Virus record (IMG/VR): IMGVR_UViG_3300043432_000295
Coordinates: 1-58,249 of that record
Source of the DNA: a virus
Taxonomy: Duplodnaviria > Caudoviricetes
Direction: 5' to 3' (one strand)
Length of the DNA stretch: 58,249 nt
Below the pieces are notes generated by a model. It ran no database searches and was not told where the DNA came from. It saw only the letters and a program-made list of their open reading frames with translations. This document shows positions 17,721-28,100 of the stretch, one piece after another. A program made the position numbers and the translations under genes. How positions within the stretch are numbered: position 1 is the stretch's first letter; each line of letters opens with the position of its first letter.

Positions 17721-18635
17721 ATGGCCGGACCGCGCACTCTGGTCTCACCTCCCACGTTCGTCGACCGCAACTTCGGGCTCATGTCCGTCGTCCAGCCCCG
17801 GTTCGACGACCCGGACGAGCACTGGCGCAACGGCGTCACCTTCCAGGACCTGTGCGGCCTGGGCGGCACGACGTTCGACCCCTACTGTGTGTCCGGCACC
17901 GGCGCTCCGCTCAAGACCCCCAACGTGTCGATCGCCACCTACGGCGCGCTGCCGTTCAACGTGGTCGGCGAAGTCCAATGCTCACCGGTGGGCTACAGCC
18001 AACCGGAGCAGCAGGCCCGCGCCGTCGACGCCCTCACCCGCAACGAGTCGTTCCAGGTCGAACAGGCCTTCTGGACCGGCGCGGTCGCCGGCGTCGGACC
18101 CACCATCTACCAAGTCTCGCCGCACCTGGCAGCCAACACCGCAGTCGTGGACAGCCTCGGCGTCACGCTGCAGTGCGCGGCGACGACGGTCAGCGGCTCG
18201 GTCGTGCTGGATATCGTCGAGGGCATCGGCCGGCTCGAGGCCGCGATGGGCCGCTGTTACAACGGCCAGATCGTGATCCACATGCCGATGGTGCTCGGCG
18301 AGGCGCTGCTGTCGAACTACTCGGCCGAGATCTTCGGCAGCCAGATCAAGACCCGGGCCGGCAACCTGGTCGCGCTCGGCGCCGGCTACACCGGCACCGG
18401 CCCGGACGGCACGTCGATCCCCAACGCGGCCTGGGTCTACGCCACCCCGCCGATCTTCGCCTACCGCAGCGCACCGGAGAGCTTCGCCTTCCGGGAGGAG
18501 CTCAACCGGAGCACCAACACCGTGCAGACGATCGTCGAGCGAACCTACGTGCTGGGCTTTGCCTGCTGCTGCTTCTACGCCGTCCCGATCTCGGTGGGCG
18601 GGTACACCACCGGCCAGCCACTCTCGGCGTTCTAG
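17721..18635 (+). CDS. second capsid (pentamer-type) protein
   Basis: FGL.SV, HWRNGV, E..VEQAFW, GYTG, TNTV..IVERTYV; follows the major capsid gene. Confidence 0.65.
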   Translation: MAGPRTLVSPPTFVDRNFGLMSVVQPRFDDPDEHWRNGVTFQDLCGLGGTTFDPYCVSGTGAPLKTPNVSIATYGALPFNVVGEVQCSPVGYSQPEQQARAVDALTRNESFQVEQAFWTGAVAGVGPTIYQVSPHLAANTAVVDSLGVTLQCAATTVSGSVVLDIVEGIGRLEAAMGRCYNGQIVIHMPMVLGEALLSNYSAEIFGSQIKTRAGNLVALGAGYTGTGPDGTSIPNAAWVYATPPIFAYRSAPESFAFREELNRSTNTVQTIVERTYVLGFACCCFYAVPISVGGYTTGQPLSAF

Positions 18636-18644
18636 GAGTTCACC

Positions 18645-19313
18645 ATGCCGACCTCGTTGATCTGCTCGAGCCCGGTCCAGGGCCAGATCATGCGTGTGAT
18701 CAAGCTCAACTCGTGCGGCGTGCCGGTGACTGGTACCGGGTCGGCCCAGATCGTCATGGACGCCTGGACGCAGGTCCAGGCGTCACCGCAGTACAACACC
18801 GGCGACCGGAAGATCACCCGCAAGGCCAACGGGGCGCTCTGCACCAACTTCAAGATCCAGGACCAGTTCACCAACGACGAGCTGACCATCGACTTCTGCG
18901 CCTGGAACCCGGGCCTGATCGTCAACACCATCGGGGCCAGGCTGCTGACCGGCAGCTTCTCCCCGACCGGCGCCGGCTTCGCCCACGGCACTTGGGCCAA
19001 CGCCACACAGGCCCACTGGTCGCTCGAGGTCTGGGGCATCGGCGACGGCGCCCAGTGCAACGCGGCCGGCCAGACGGTCTACAACTACTGGTTCTGGCCC
19101 CACCTCACCGACGGCAAGAAAGGCGACTACACCATCGGCGCCGACCCGACCATGCTGAAGATCATCGCCAACACCCTCGACGCCTCGCCGCTGTGGACAG
19201 CCGGCGCGGCGTGGCTCAACAGTGTGCCGCTGGTCGCCGGCGACCACCAGGGCGAGATCGTGACCACGGTCGCCCCGCCCACGGCGAACTGCATGATCCT
19301 GGACTACCCGTAA
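18645..19313 (+). CDS. major tail protein
   Basis: MRVIKLNSCG...KANGALC...WSLEVW; gene position. Confidence 0.75.
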   Translation: MPTSLICSSPVQGQIMRVIKLNSCGVPVTGTGSAQIVMDAWTQVQASPQYNTGDRKITRKANGALCTNFKIQDQFTNDELTIDFCAWNPGLIVNTIGARLLTGSFSPTGAGFAHGTWANATQAHWSLEVWGIGDGAQCNAAGQTVYNYWFWPHLTDGKKGDYTIGADPTMLKIIANTLDASPLWTAGAAWLNSVPLVAGDHQGEIVTTVAPPTANCMILDYP

Positions 19314-19328
19314 GATCGCCTCATGGCT

Positions 19329-19367
19329 GCGGGCCGGCCAAGACCCACGGGGGTGGCCGGCCCGTTC
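19329..19367 (+). terminator. GC-rich hairpin after the major tail gene
   Basis: GCGGGCCGGCCA...TGGCCGGCCCGT inverted repeat; no U tract. Confidence 0.4.
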
Positions 19368-19389
19368 CGCACCAGGGAGGTGAGTCAGG

Positions 19390-20229
19390 ATGACCGCGCC
19401 GACACCGACGCAGGGCCCCTGCTCGCCCTGGGACCCGATCTGGTGTTGCGACCTGACCGCCCCAGGATCGACCGCCGTATCCGGCGTCGCGCTGCAGGCC
19501 GCGACCGAGGTCCTCTACCACCTGTCCGGGCAACGGTTCAGCATCTGCCAGTTCACGGTCCGCCCATGCCGGCGCGATTGTGGGGACAGCTGGTGGGGCG
19601 GGGGCTTTGGCGGCGTCGTCGCGTCCGGCGGCGGGTCGTGGTGGGAGTGGGGCGGCGGAGGCTGGCCGCGGCCGTTCAACTTCAACGGGGCCTGGTTCAA
19701 TCTCACCTGCGGCGGGTGCGGCGGGTCGTGCTCCTGCTCGCCGCTGAGTGAGGCCTGGTTGCCTGGGCCGGTCGCGTCGATCGTCTCGGTGAAGCTGGAC
19801 GGCCAGACCATGCCAGCCACTGCCTACCGGGTCGACGACTACCGCAAGCTAGTCCGGACCGACGGCAACTTCTGGCCCATCTGCCAGGACATGAGCAAGC
19901 CGGACACCGCCGTCGACACCTGGTCGGTCACGTTCACGGTCGGCGAGACCGTTCCGGTGCTGGGCCAGTGGGCCGTCGGAGAGCTGGCGTGCGAGTTCAT
20001 CAAGGCATGTACGGGGGCGGCCTGCGCCATTCCCCGCAACGCCACGAACATCACCCGCCAGGGCATCACCCTCGACTTCCCGCTCTGGTCCGATCTGCTC
20101 CGTAACGGTTTGTTGGGGCTGCGGTGGACGGACATGTTCGTGGCCACGTACAACCCGAGTCGCCTGCGCGCCGCCCCGATGGTGTTTGACGTCGACCAGG
20201 AGTCCAACCGCCGGACGACGTGGCCATGA
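19390..20229 (+). CDS. head-to-tail adaptor
   Basis: ATEVLYHLSGQRF..C..TVRPC, LPGPV, WP.CQD, ELACE, ITRQGIT. Confidence 0.75.
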   Translation: MTAPTPTQGPCSPWDPIWCCDLTAPGSTAVSGVALQAATEVLYHLSGQRFSICQFTVRPCRRDCGDSWWGGGFGGVVASGGGSWWEWGGGGWPRPFNFNGAWFNLTCGGCGGSCSCSPLSEAWLPGPVASIVSVKLDGQTMPATAYRVDDYRKLVRTDGNFWPICQDMSKPDTAVDTWSVTFTVGETVPVLGQWAVGELACEFIKACTGAACAIPRNATNITRQGITLDFPLWSDLLRNGLLGLRWTDMFVATYNPSRLRAAPMVFDVDQESNRRTTWP

Positions 20230-21287
20230 GCACCATCTTCGCGGGCGTCGCGCCGCCCAACGCGGCCAACTTCAACGGCGTCATCGGCAACAACTTTGTC
20301 GTCAACCATCAGGGCAACAGCACCGGCGGATGGTTCTACCGCACCGCCGGTAACCCGATCGCCCAGGTCACCATGGGCCTGTACCGGGACAACGGCCACG
20401 TCCTGCTGACCTCGCAGAACCAGGCCGGCCTGGCCGCCGGCGCCTGGAACTTCATCCCCTGGGCCGCCCCGGTCGCGCTGACCGCCGGCGAGATGTACGT
20501 CATCGCCGCCTACACCCACGACGGACAGCTCGGGTCGACGCCCGGCGCGCTCAACAACGTGGAGATCTTCAACTCTCCGTTCACCGTGCCCAACCAGTCC
20601 GGTCGCGTGCTCGGCTCTGGCGCGCTGACCTTTCCGACCGGATTCTTCGCCGACGCGTACGGCGTGGACACCGAGTTCGTGCTCACCGAGCCGGCCCCGT
20701 GCCCGCCCTGCCCGCCGACCGAGGGCTTCCTGATCAACCTCACGAGTCCGGGCTTCGTGGCGATCGTGACCGGGCTGGCCGGGTGCGTGTTCGGCGCCCT
20801 CGCCCAGACCCCGGCCGGCGCACCCTGCCGCCAGTGCGTGCTCCTGCCCACCCAGCAGATCCCCTGGGACAACTGCGGCCCGTGCGAGGAGGGCTGCGAC
20901 GGGCAGGCCGCCTTCGCCATCCGCGAGGTCTACGGCTCCGACACGTTCCCGCTGCCGGCCGCCCAGAAGACCTGGTCGAAGTGCGGGCCGCGATACACCG
21001 TGGCCCGGGTCGTGGTCTCAGTGACCCGCTGCGTGCCCGGCATGGACGAGCGCGGCGAGTCGCCTAGCTGCGCCGCCGAGTTGGCTGCCGCGATCATCCT
21101 GGAGAACGACCGGACTGCGGTCCGGCAGGGCCTGGCGTGCTGCCTGCATGTCGCCTCGACCGCCACGCCGGCCTTCCTGTCCGAGTGGCTGATCAGCCCG
21201 TCGGTCACGGTCGGCGAGCTCGGCCAGTGCGCCGGTTCGGAGACCGAATTTCTGGTCGGCGTGCGGTCCTGCATCTGCCCCGACTAG
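20226..21287 (+). CDS. DUF4082-like beta domain fused to tail terminator-like domain
   Basis: N-half IGNNF...WNFIP..PVALTAGEMYV...YGVD; C-half PWDNC..CDGQ...RCVP...G.CAG. Confidence 0.6.
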   Translation: MSTIFAGVAPPNAANFNGVIGNNFVVNHQGNSTGGWFYRTAGNPIAQVTMGLYRDNGHVLLTSQNQAGLAAGAWNFIPWAAPVALTAGEMYVIAAYTHDGQLGSTPGALNNVEIFNSPFTVPNQSGRVLGSGALTFPTGFFADAYGVDTEFVLTEPAPCPPCPPTEGFLINLTSPGFVAIVTGLAGCVFGALAQTPAGAPCRQCVLLPTQQIPWDNCGPCEEGCDGQAAFAIREVYGSDTFPLPAAQKTWSKCGPRYTVARVVVSVTRCVPGMDERGESPSCAAELAAAIILENDRTAVRQGLACCLHVASTATPAFLSEWLISPSVTVGELGQCAGSETEFLVGVRSCICPD

Positions 21288-21478
21288 GGGCATCCGCCAA
21301 AGAGGCGATAGCACGGTATAGCCGCACCTGTAACAAGCGTGTGGGTTCTTCTCGTGATCATTGCTGCAGCGCTGACAGCGCCAGCCTGCCCGAACGCATT
21401 GCCGATGCTCTGGGCCGTCTTGAAGCCCCGCCCATCGACCGTGAAGGTGTAGCGACTCCATCGTGAGATCCTCTCTGT

Positions 21479-21913
21479 ATGGCCACGGTCAGCTACAGCC
21501 AGCGCCTGGACCTCGCCGCCATCCGCGCGCTGGTCACATCACCGCGGGGCGGCGTGGTCCAGGACCTGCTACGCCGCGGCCTGCTCGTCGAGGCCCAGGC
21601 CAAACGCAACCTGGGCGGCATCGGCGGCCCGAAACGCGTCGACACCGGGCGCCTGCGCGCCTCGATCAATACCCAGCTCGTGACCCGCGACGGTCAGCCG
21701 GCGGTCCTGATCGGCACTAACGTGCGCCACGCCATGTGGGTGCACGACGGGACGGGCGTCTACGGGCCGCGTGGTCGCCGCATCACCCCGAAGAGCCACA
21801 AACGGCTCAGGTTCCGGCCGAAGGGCTCACGCAAGTACGTGTACGCCAAGAGCGTCGCCGGCATGCGCCCTAACCCGTTCATGAAGAACGCGCTCCACGC
21901 CGCACGAAACTAG
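21479..21913 (+). CDS. HK97 gp10-like neck/tail completion protein
   Basis: VDTGRLRASI, GTNV.HA.WVHDGT, G.RPNPFM. Confidence 0.8.
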   Translation: MATVSYSQRLDLAAIRALVTSPRGGVVQDLLRRGLLVEAQAKRNLGGIGGPKRVDTGRLRASINTQLVTRDGQPAVLIGTNVRHAMWVHDGTGVYGPRGRRITPKSHKRLRFRPKGSRKYVYAKSVAGMRPNPFMKNALHAARN

Positions 21914-21920
21914 GCTGCCT

Positions 21921-22043
21921 TCATCGCTTTCCGGGCGGCGGCTCGGTGGGCACCTTGCCGGGGTTCGGCCCGGGCCAGGGACGTTCGCCCGGCTTCGGAT
22001 TCGGTTTGGGATTGGGCGGCGGTGGTGGTCTGTCCTTCGGCAT
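21921..22043 (-). CDS. 40-aa Pro/Lys-rich peptide
   Basis: MPKDRPPPPPNPKPNPKPGERPWPGPNPGKVPTEPPPGKR; leaderless after TTGACA-18-TAGGGT-7. Confidence 0.5.
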   Translation of the reverse strand: MPKDRPPPPPNPKPNPKPGERPWPGPNPGKVPTEPPPGKR

Positions 22044-22050
22044 GGATGCG

Positions 22051-22098
22051 ACCCTACCCATCGACCTAGTGACGTGTCAACAGGTGTGGTGCTACGCT
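22051..22098. promoter_or_regulatory. Divergent promoter pair with operator copy 2
   Basis: Operator 22065-22080; plus GTGACG-18-TACGCT-6-ATG(22105); minus TTGACA-18-TAGGGT-7-ATG(22043). Confidence 0.7.
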
Positions 22099-22104
22099 GC
22101 CGGC

Positions 22105-22230
22105 ATGAGATTCGCGCGGCGCTGGTGGGAAGAGTTCAACTGGCTCATCGACCACACCCCGACCCTGCGCGGGCAGCTGGACTTCCTGTTCTGCCGCGGC
22201 GTCTACGACTACCGCCGGGTGACTTGGTAG
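22105..22230 (+). CDS. 41-aa hypothetical peptide
   Basis: MRFARRWWEEFNWLIDH...; leaderless start. Confidence 0.5.
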   Translation: MRFARRWWEEFNWLIDHTPTLRGQLDFLFCRGVYDYRRVTW

Positions 22231-22308
22231 TGGGTGGCGGCATCGACCCGCGGCGACCCAGATAGCCCGGTCCTATCTGTGTGGGCTGTAGAGATCTAGA
22301 CTCAGCCC

Positions 22309-22845
22309 ATGACATCACCTGATGCCGCAGGCATTCCGGTCGAGCCGGAGATCAAGGACTTCACGATCCGCCGCGAGCCGATCCGCTTCCGCGTCGACGA
22401 CGACGAGTTCGCCGCCCCGCCGCTGATCGGCGGATTCATGATGCGCAAACTCGGCGCGCTCCACGCCCAACTCGGCGACGCCGCAGATGACGCCGAGCGT
22501 CTTATGGGCATCGTGGCCGACATGTTCCGCGCGCTGATCCCCGGCCCCGGCGGCAAACGTTTCGCCGAGCGTCTCCTCTCCGACGGCAATCCCGGCGACT
22601 CTGAGGCTAGCCCGCCCATACCACCGTCCCCTCCGGTCATCGGACTCATGGATCAGGCCATCCCGATCATCTACTGGCTGCTGGAGCGCTACGGGCTGCG
22701 CCCTACACAGCCGTCCTCGCCCTCGCCAACTGGGTCGACGGACGGGCAGACGGACATCCAGAGCGATGGCACCTCTTCAACGGCTGGTGCATCAGGCACG
22801 GCATCGCCCATCGAGACCTTGACTGTGCCGACTGGCTTGATCTGA
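22309..22845 (+). CDS. tail assembly chaperone (G-like)
   Basis: Upstream of tape measure; WLLERYGLRPT followed by a Ser/Thr-rich tail. Confidence 0.75.
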   Translation: MTSPDAAGIPVEPEIKDFTIRREPIRFRVDDDEFAAPPLIGGFMMRKLGALHAQLGDAADDAERLMGIVADMFRALIPGPGGKRFAERLLSDGNPGDSEASPPIPPSPPVIGLMDQAIPIIYWLLERYGLRPTQPSSPSPTGSTDGQTDIQSDGTSSTAGASGTASPIETLTVPTGLI

Positions 22846-23039
22846 TCCACATCTACCTGATCGAGCACACCCCACCAGAGAAAGCGGAGGAGATCACCCG
22901 AGCGTTCACCGGAGAACTCGGCACCTGGCAACAGCAGACCGCGCCGACGCCACGACCCCGGCTTCCCCGCCCGCCACCATGGATGCGGGTCCGGCCGGGC
23001 GACATAGCCAGAATGGACCGGGCACTGGGACGGTCGTAA
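22701..23039 (+). CDS. tail assembly chaperone frameshift extension (T-like, -1 frame)
   Basis: Start-less open -1 frame PYTAVLALANW...FNGWCIRHGI...WLDLIHIYL ending just before the tape measure gene. Confidence 0.65.
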   Translation, partial: PYTAVLALANWVDGRADGHPERWHLFNGWCIRHGIAHRDLDCADWLDLIHIYLIEHTPPEKAEEITRAFTGELGTWQQQTAPTPRPRLPRPPPWMRVRPGDIARMDRALGRS

Positions 23040-23065
23040 CGCACAGGTCACGGGGGTGACACGGC

Positions 23066-25117
23066 GTGGGTCAGCCAATCGACACCGCGACAGTCCTGCT
23101 CGTCTCCGATGCGTCCGGCTTCGCTCGCCAGGTCAAGCTGCAGGTCGATGAAGCGCTGCGCGGCATCGCCTCCCAGGTCGACCGGGCCTTCTCCGCGATC
23201 GAACGCTCCTCCCAAGAGGCCGGAAACGAGATCGGCCAGGACTTCCAGCGCGGCGGCGAACGCGCCGAGCTGGCTTTCGGGGAACTGTCGCGGGCGGCCC
23301 GCCGCGAGTTCGCCGAGATCGATACCGCCGCGGGTGCCTCAGCCGCTGGCATGTCGTCCAAGCTCGGCGGCGCCCTGGCGGTCATCAAGACCGGGCTGAT
23401 GACGGTCGGCCTGGCTGCCGGCGCCGGCCTTGCCGCGATGACCGGGTTCGGGCTCAAGTCCGCGGCCAGCCTCGAGCAGAGCACCGTGGCGTTCACGTCC
23501 CTGCTGCACTCGGGCCAGGACGCGAAGGTCTTCCTCGACCAGCTGCAGCAGTTCGCCGCCGCGACGCCGTTCGAGTTCGCCGAGCTCGTCCCGGCCAGCC
23601 AGCGTCTACTCGTCCTGGCCCAGAGCCTCGGTCAGACCAAAGACGCCGTCGTGCCCATGCTCACGACACTGGGCGACCTCGTCAGCGTCACCGGCGGTAG
23701 CTCGGAGAACATCGACAGCGTCGTGCGTGCGCTGGGCCAGATGGCCTCGAAGGGCAAGATCTCCCAAGAGGAGATGATGCAGCTCTCCGAGGCGCTGCCC
23801 GGCTTCAACGCCAACGCGGCCATCGCCTCGAGCCTGGGCTTGTCCGTCGCAGATACGCTGACGCTGATCACCGCCGGCGGTGTCGACGCGACCACAGGAA
23901 TCAACGCCCTGCTCAAGGGCATGGCCGCCTTCCCTGGCGCGGCCGGGGCGATGGCCGCCCAGTCGCAGACCCTGACCGGCGTCTTCTCGACCTTCAAGGA
24001 CACGGTCGGGATCGCGCTGACCAATGCGTTCCAGCCGGCCATCCCCGCCATCAAGGATGCCCTGGGTCAGCTCACTCCGATCCTGGGTAACGCGATCGGC
24101 CAGCTCGCGCCAAGCCTCGGTGCCGGATTGGCTGCGATTCTGCCGTTGCTGGGCAAGCTGATCGGCGCGATTGTCCCGATCCTGTCGCCCATTCTCAACG
24201 CGCTCGGCCCGGTCCTGGACGCGCTGGGGCCGGCGCTGCAGCCACTCGGCGAGGCCCTGGGCCAGCTCGTCGTGGCGCTGGTGCCGATCCTGCCGATCGT
24301 CGCCCAGTTCATCGCCGTGCTCGCCGAGCTGGCCATCCCCATCATCAAGCTGCTCGCCGCAGTTCTGCTGCCGTTGACGCCGATCCTGAACTACATGGCC
24401 GCCGCGATCGGCGAGGTCGCCAAAGCTCTCGGGATGATCGACTGGACGGCGGTGGGGTCGGCCATCGGGGGCGCGTTCGCCAGCGCTTGGCGGGCCGTGT
24501 CCGATTTTGCCGTCAACGCGGCCAAGGCGATCTTCGAGTTCGGCGCCATGCTCGGCACGAAACTACGCGAGTTCATCGACAACATCGCCACCTTCGTGAC
24601 CAACTCGATCAGCTTCATCACGAGCCTGCCGGGCAAGATCCTCGGCGCCCTGGGCGACTTCGGGTCGCTGCTCATTCAGAAGGGCCGCGACCTTATCTCC
24701 GGTTTGTGGGCTGGCATCTCCGGCATGGGCAGCTGGCTCTGGAACAAGATCACAAGCTTTGTCAGCGACAACATCACCGGACCCATCAAGTCCGTCCTGG
24801 GCATCCACTCGCCCTCGACCGTGATGCGGGACCAGGTCGGGGCGATGATCCCGGCCGGCATCGGCGAGGGCGTCCAGGGCGGCCTGCCAGATCTGAGCAG
24901 CCTCATCCGGGGCATCGTGCCCACCGCGAGCGCGGCGTCCGGCGCAACCACCTTCGCCGGCGGGATCAACGTTACGATCAACTTCGTCGGCGGAACACCC
25001 ACCGCGGCCGAGGCCAAGACGGTGGGGCAGGCCGCCGCCGACGGCATCATGCAGGCCATCGCCCGGCGCAACGTCGCGACGGCCGTCCGGATGGGTGTGA
25101 GCGGGGTGAGCGGCTAG
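23066..25117 (+). CDS. tape measure protein
   Basis: FAAATPFE, ALGQMASKGKI..EEM.QL, SQTL.G.FST.KD, amphipathic repeats, LGIHSPS. Confidence 0.92.
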   Translation: MGQPIDTATVLLVSDASGFARQVKLQVDEALRGIASQVDRAFSAIERSSQEAGNEIGQDFQRGGERAELAFGELSRAARREFAEIDTAAGASAAGMSSKLGGALAVIKTGLMTVGLAAGAGLAAMTGFGLKSAASLEQSTVAFTSLLHSGQDAKVFLDQLQQFAAATPFEFAELVPASQRLLVLAQSLGQTKDAVVPMLTTLGDLVSVTGGSSENIDSVVRALGQMASKGKISQEEMMQLSEALPGFNANAAIASSLGLSVADTLTLITAGGVDATTGINALLKGMAAFPGAAGAMAAQSQTLTGVFSTFKDTVGIALTNAFQPAIPAIKDALGQLTPILGNAIGQLAPSLGAGLAAILPLLGKLIGAIVPILSPILNALGPVLDALGPALQPLGEALGQLVVALVPILPIVAQFIAVLAELAIPIIKLLAAVLLPLTPILNYMAAAIGEVAKALGMIDWTAVGSAIGGAFASAWRAVSDFAVNAAKAIFEFGAMLGTKLREFIDNIATFVTNSISFITSLPGKILGALGDFGSLLIQKGRDLISGLWAGISGMGSWLWNKITSFVSDNITGPIKSVLGIHSPSTVMRDQVGAMIPAGIGEGVQGGLPDLSSLIRGIVPTASAASGATTFAGGINVTINFVGGTPTAAEAKTVGQAAADGIMQAIARRNVATAVRMGVSGVSG

Positions 25118-25119
25118 CT

Positions 25120-28100
25120 ATGGGCAACTACAACCCGAGGGCGCCCATCGTGCTGGGCCAGGAGTGGGTCCCGATCCGCAACGAGAACGCCGTGTTCAGC
25201 CCGGCCGTCAACTCGGTGGAACTGGGTCACCAGTTCCAGACGCAGGCCAGCCGCACCCTGGCGACCGCCCGCTTCTACATCAACGAGCTGCAGCCGCTCT
25301 CCGACCGCGGCCAGACGTTCATGGCGGCCATCTACCCGGCCGGCACCGAGGACGAATCCGGCCCCATCCAGTCGGTTATCGTTCCGTGCAATGTCTGCAC
25401 CGTCACCAACGGCACGGTCAGCGGACCCAACGCAGTCGAGGCACTGCTCACGCGGAGCACCTCCACGGGCATCAGCCTGGACTGCTCGCAGCCCAACGCC
25501 GGCCTGGCGCTCAGCTTCGCCACCGGCAGCTATGCCGCCCCGCTGACCGGCAAGCGCATCCTGGCCATCGATCTCCTTACTGGCACCTCGGCCTCCGCCG
25601 ACATCACCGGGCCGACCAGGACCACCAGCACCTCGCTGATCAAGGTCAGTACCAACGGCGTGATCGGTGCGGTATCTGACCCGGAAGCCATCTTCGGCCG
25701 GCTCCGGGTCGAACGCGAGATTGACCGGGCCGGCTTCGGCGAGGTCAACCAGTTCTGGACCGCCAACTCGCCCAATCTCATCGCCGACCGCGTGCCGTGG
25801 ATCTTTTCGCAGATCAACCGCTTCGACAACGTCCTGGGCCAGCTGTTCACACGCATCGAGACCGGAACCAATCGCGGCACCACCGCCAACTCGTCCTGCT
25901 ACATCTTCTACGCCGCGCTGGAGATCATTTTCTGCGAGGAGAAGCGGGTCGCCGTCGGCGCCACCCAGTTCGGAACGGCCAACGCCGCGCACTCGTTCGG
26001 CGCCGAGTCTGTGCTGGGAGCCAACCAGATCCTCATGCACGACATGAGCAACGTGCTCAACCCGGCCCTCGGCGCCGGCGACTACGTGCTGATGCTGTCA
26101 TCGGCGAACGTGGGCGGCCTCAACGACAACACGGCACAGAACACCTCGGACTACCCGAACCTCAACGCGGTGCGCGAACTGTACACGATCCCGCCGCACC
26201 CCGGCGTCCAGGTCAACATTCCATTCCCGTTGACCGACCACATCGGCGACGTGTTCACCAGCGACTTCACGCACATCCTGCCCCAGCTCAGCCTGCACGC
26301 CTCCGGCACCGGCACAATCACCGAGCCACACGTCTACGGCCGGGCGATCGACGCGCACGTCTACGGCACGAACACGGCCACCCAGGAGATCTACGACGAC
26401 ATCTCCGGAGTCGCCGCCTCCTACCCCCAGGTGCGCTACTACGCGCGGCGCTTCGGCGACACCACCGTGCCGCTCACGCTCACCGGGACCGGCGTGTTCA
26501 CCGGGTCGACCGTGTCCATCACCCCGGCTGACTTCGACGAGCTGACCGAGATCCTGGACGGCTGGCGCGAGGTCACCCTGCGGTTCATCAACGCCCCGAC
26601 CCTGGGCGCCGCCACGGGCACGCCGGGGTGGACGTGGTCGGCCAACGGAGAGACCGCCGGCAACCGCTGGGAGATCCTGGGCGCCTGCGCCCCGGCCGTG
26701 TCCGGCGTCGGCGGCAACCTCTACAACCTTGTCCCGGCACCCAACCAGCTCACCGGCGCCACCTACCAGCCCCCGGCCGGTGCGACCGTCGAGCTGACCT
26801 GGATGCCGCAGGGCGTTGGCTCGCCGTTCGTGTCCAGCCCCAGCTCCGACCCAACGACTGACGCGGTCCTGATTTTCAGCCAGGACCCGCCCGCGGTCAC
26901 CGGAGTAAGCATCACCGCCCGGACCCAGGCGGTGAGCGGCGTCGGACTCGACTGCGGCTCGCTCCCGTGCTGCATCCCGACCGGCATCGCCTACCAGCAG
27001 GTCACCTGGTCGCACCAGGGCCTCACGACGCTGGTTGAGGATTCGTTCACCCGCGTGGTCGTCAACGGCTTCGGCAGCCCGGACATCGGCGGCGCCTACG
27101 CGCTGACCGATGCGGCAACGGCCTACCAGGTCAACGGGTCCGAGGGCACCATCACGCCATCGGTCGTGAGTACAGACTCGTACGCCACGATCGACGTCGG
27201 CAGCACCGACTTCGACATCACCGCAGCAGTCGGCGTCGTCGGCAACATCGTCACCAGCTCCAACGCTCGCACGATCCTGGTCGGCCGATTCACCAGCGCG
27301 ATAAGCACCTACACCGCGTTCGTGCAGCAGGTCCAGTCGACCGGCGCGCTGGTGCTCGCCATCACCGGCTCAGGCCTGACCGCCGTCACCGTCACGACAG
27401 CCATCGACGGCGGCGCCCGGATCAACATGCGGTTCATGGGTCAGGGATCCCTGCTCAAGGCGAAAGTCTGGCCTCTCAGCGACCCGGAGCCCATCACCTG
27501 GGACCTAGAGATTACAGACACCTCGATCACCACCGGAACGCGAGCCGGCGTCGGCGCGCAGTCGCGGACCAACCTCGGCAACACCATCGCCTTCGACAAC
27601 CTGCGTATCACCGTCCCGTCCTACTGGTTCGGCGGCTACGAGCTGCAGCGCTACGACAGCGTCCGCGGCGACTTCGACACGATCATGCTGGCTAGCGACA
27701 TCATGCAGACCAGCTTCAACGACTACGAGGCCCGCGTCGGGGTCAGTTCGGTGTACCGGATCCGAGCACTCAACGCGCTCAACTTCGCCGGCCCGTGGTC
27801 GGGGCAGGTCACCGGCGCGGTGCCGACCCCGGGCGTCACCGGCGGCTGCGCGGATGCGACCGGGGCGCTGATCTTCACGTCCAATGCCGACCAGACCGGC
27901 GCCAACAACGCGGCCTATGTCATGCAGTGGGACGGGGCGCCCAGCGAGGACTTCAAGCTCCCCGAGGCCGACATGGTCCAGTACCAGCCCATGTACGGCC
28001 GGGACGGGTCGGTGGCCTTCCACGGCACCGAGCGCGGGCTGGAGACGTTCGATCGGACCGTGCTGCTCAACGCGGCCGCGATCGACCCGATCCGCCTGGC

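Noticed and set aside
24487-25119. N-terminal extension of the 1267-aa tail ORF
   Set aside because: Overlaps the tape measure gene in another frame with junk composition; true start taken as ATG 25120
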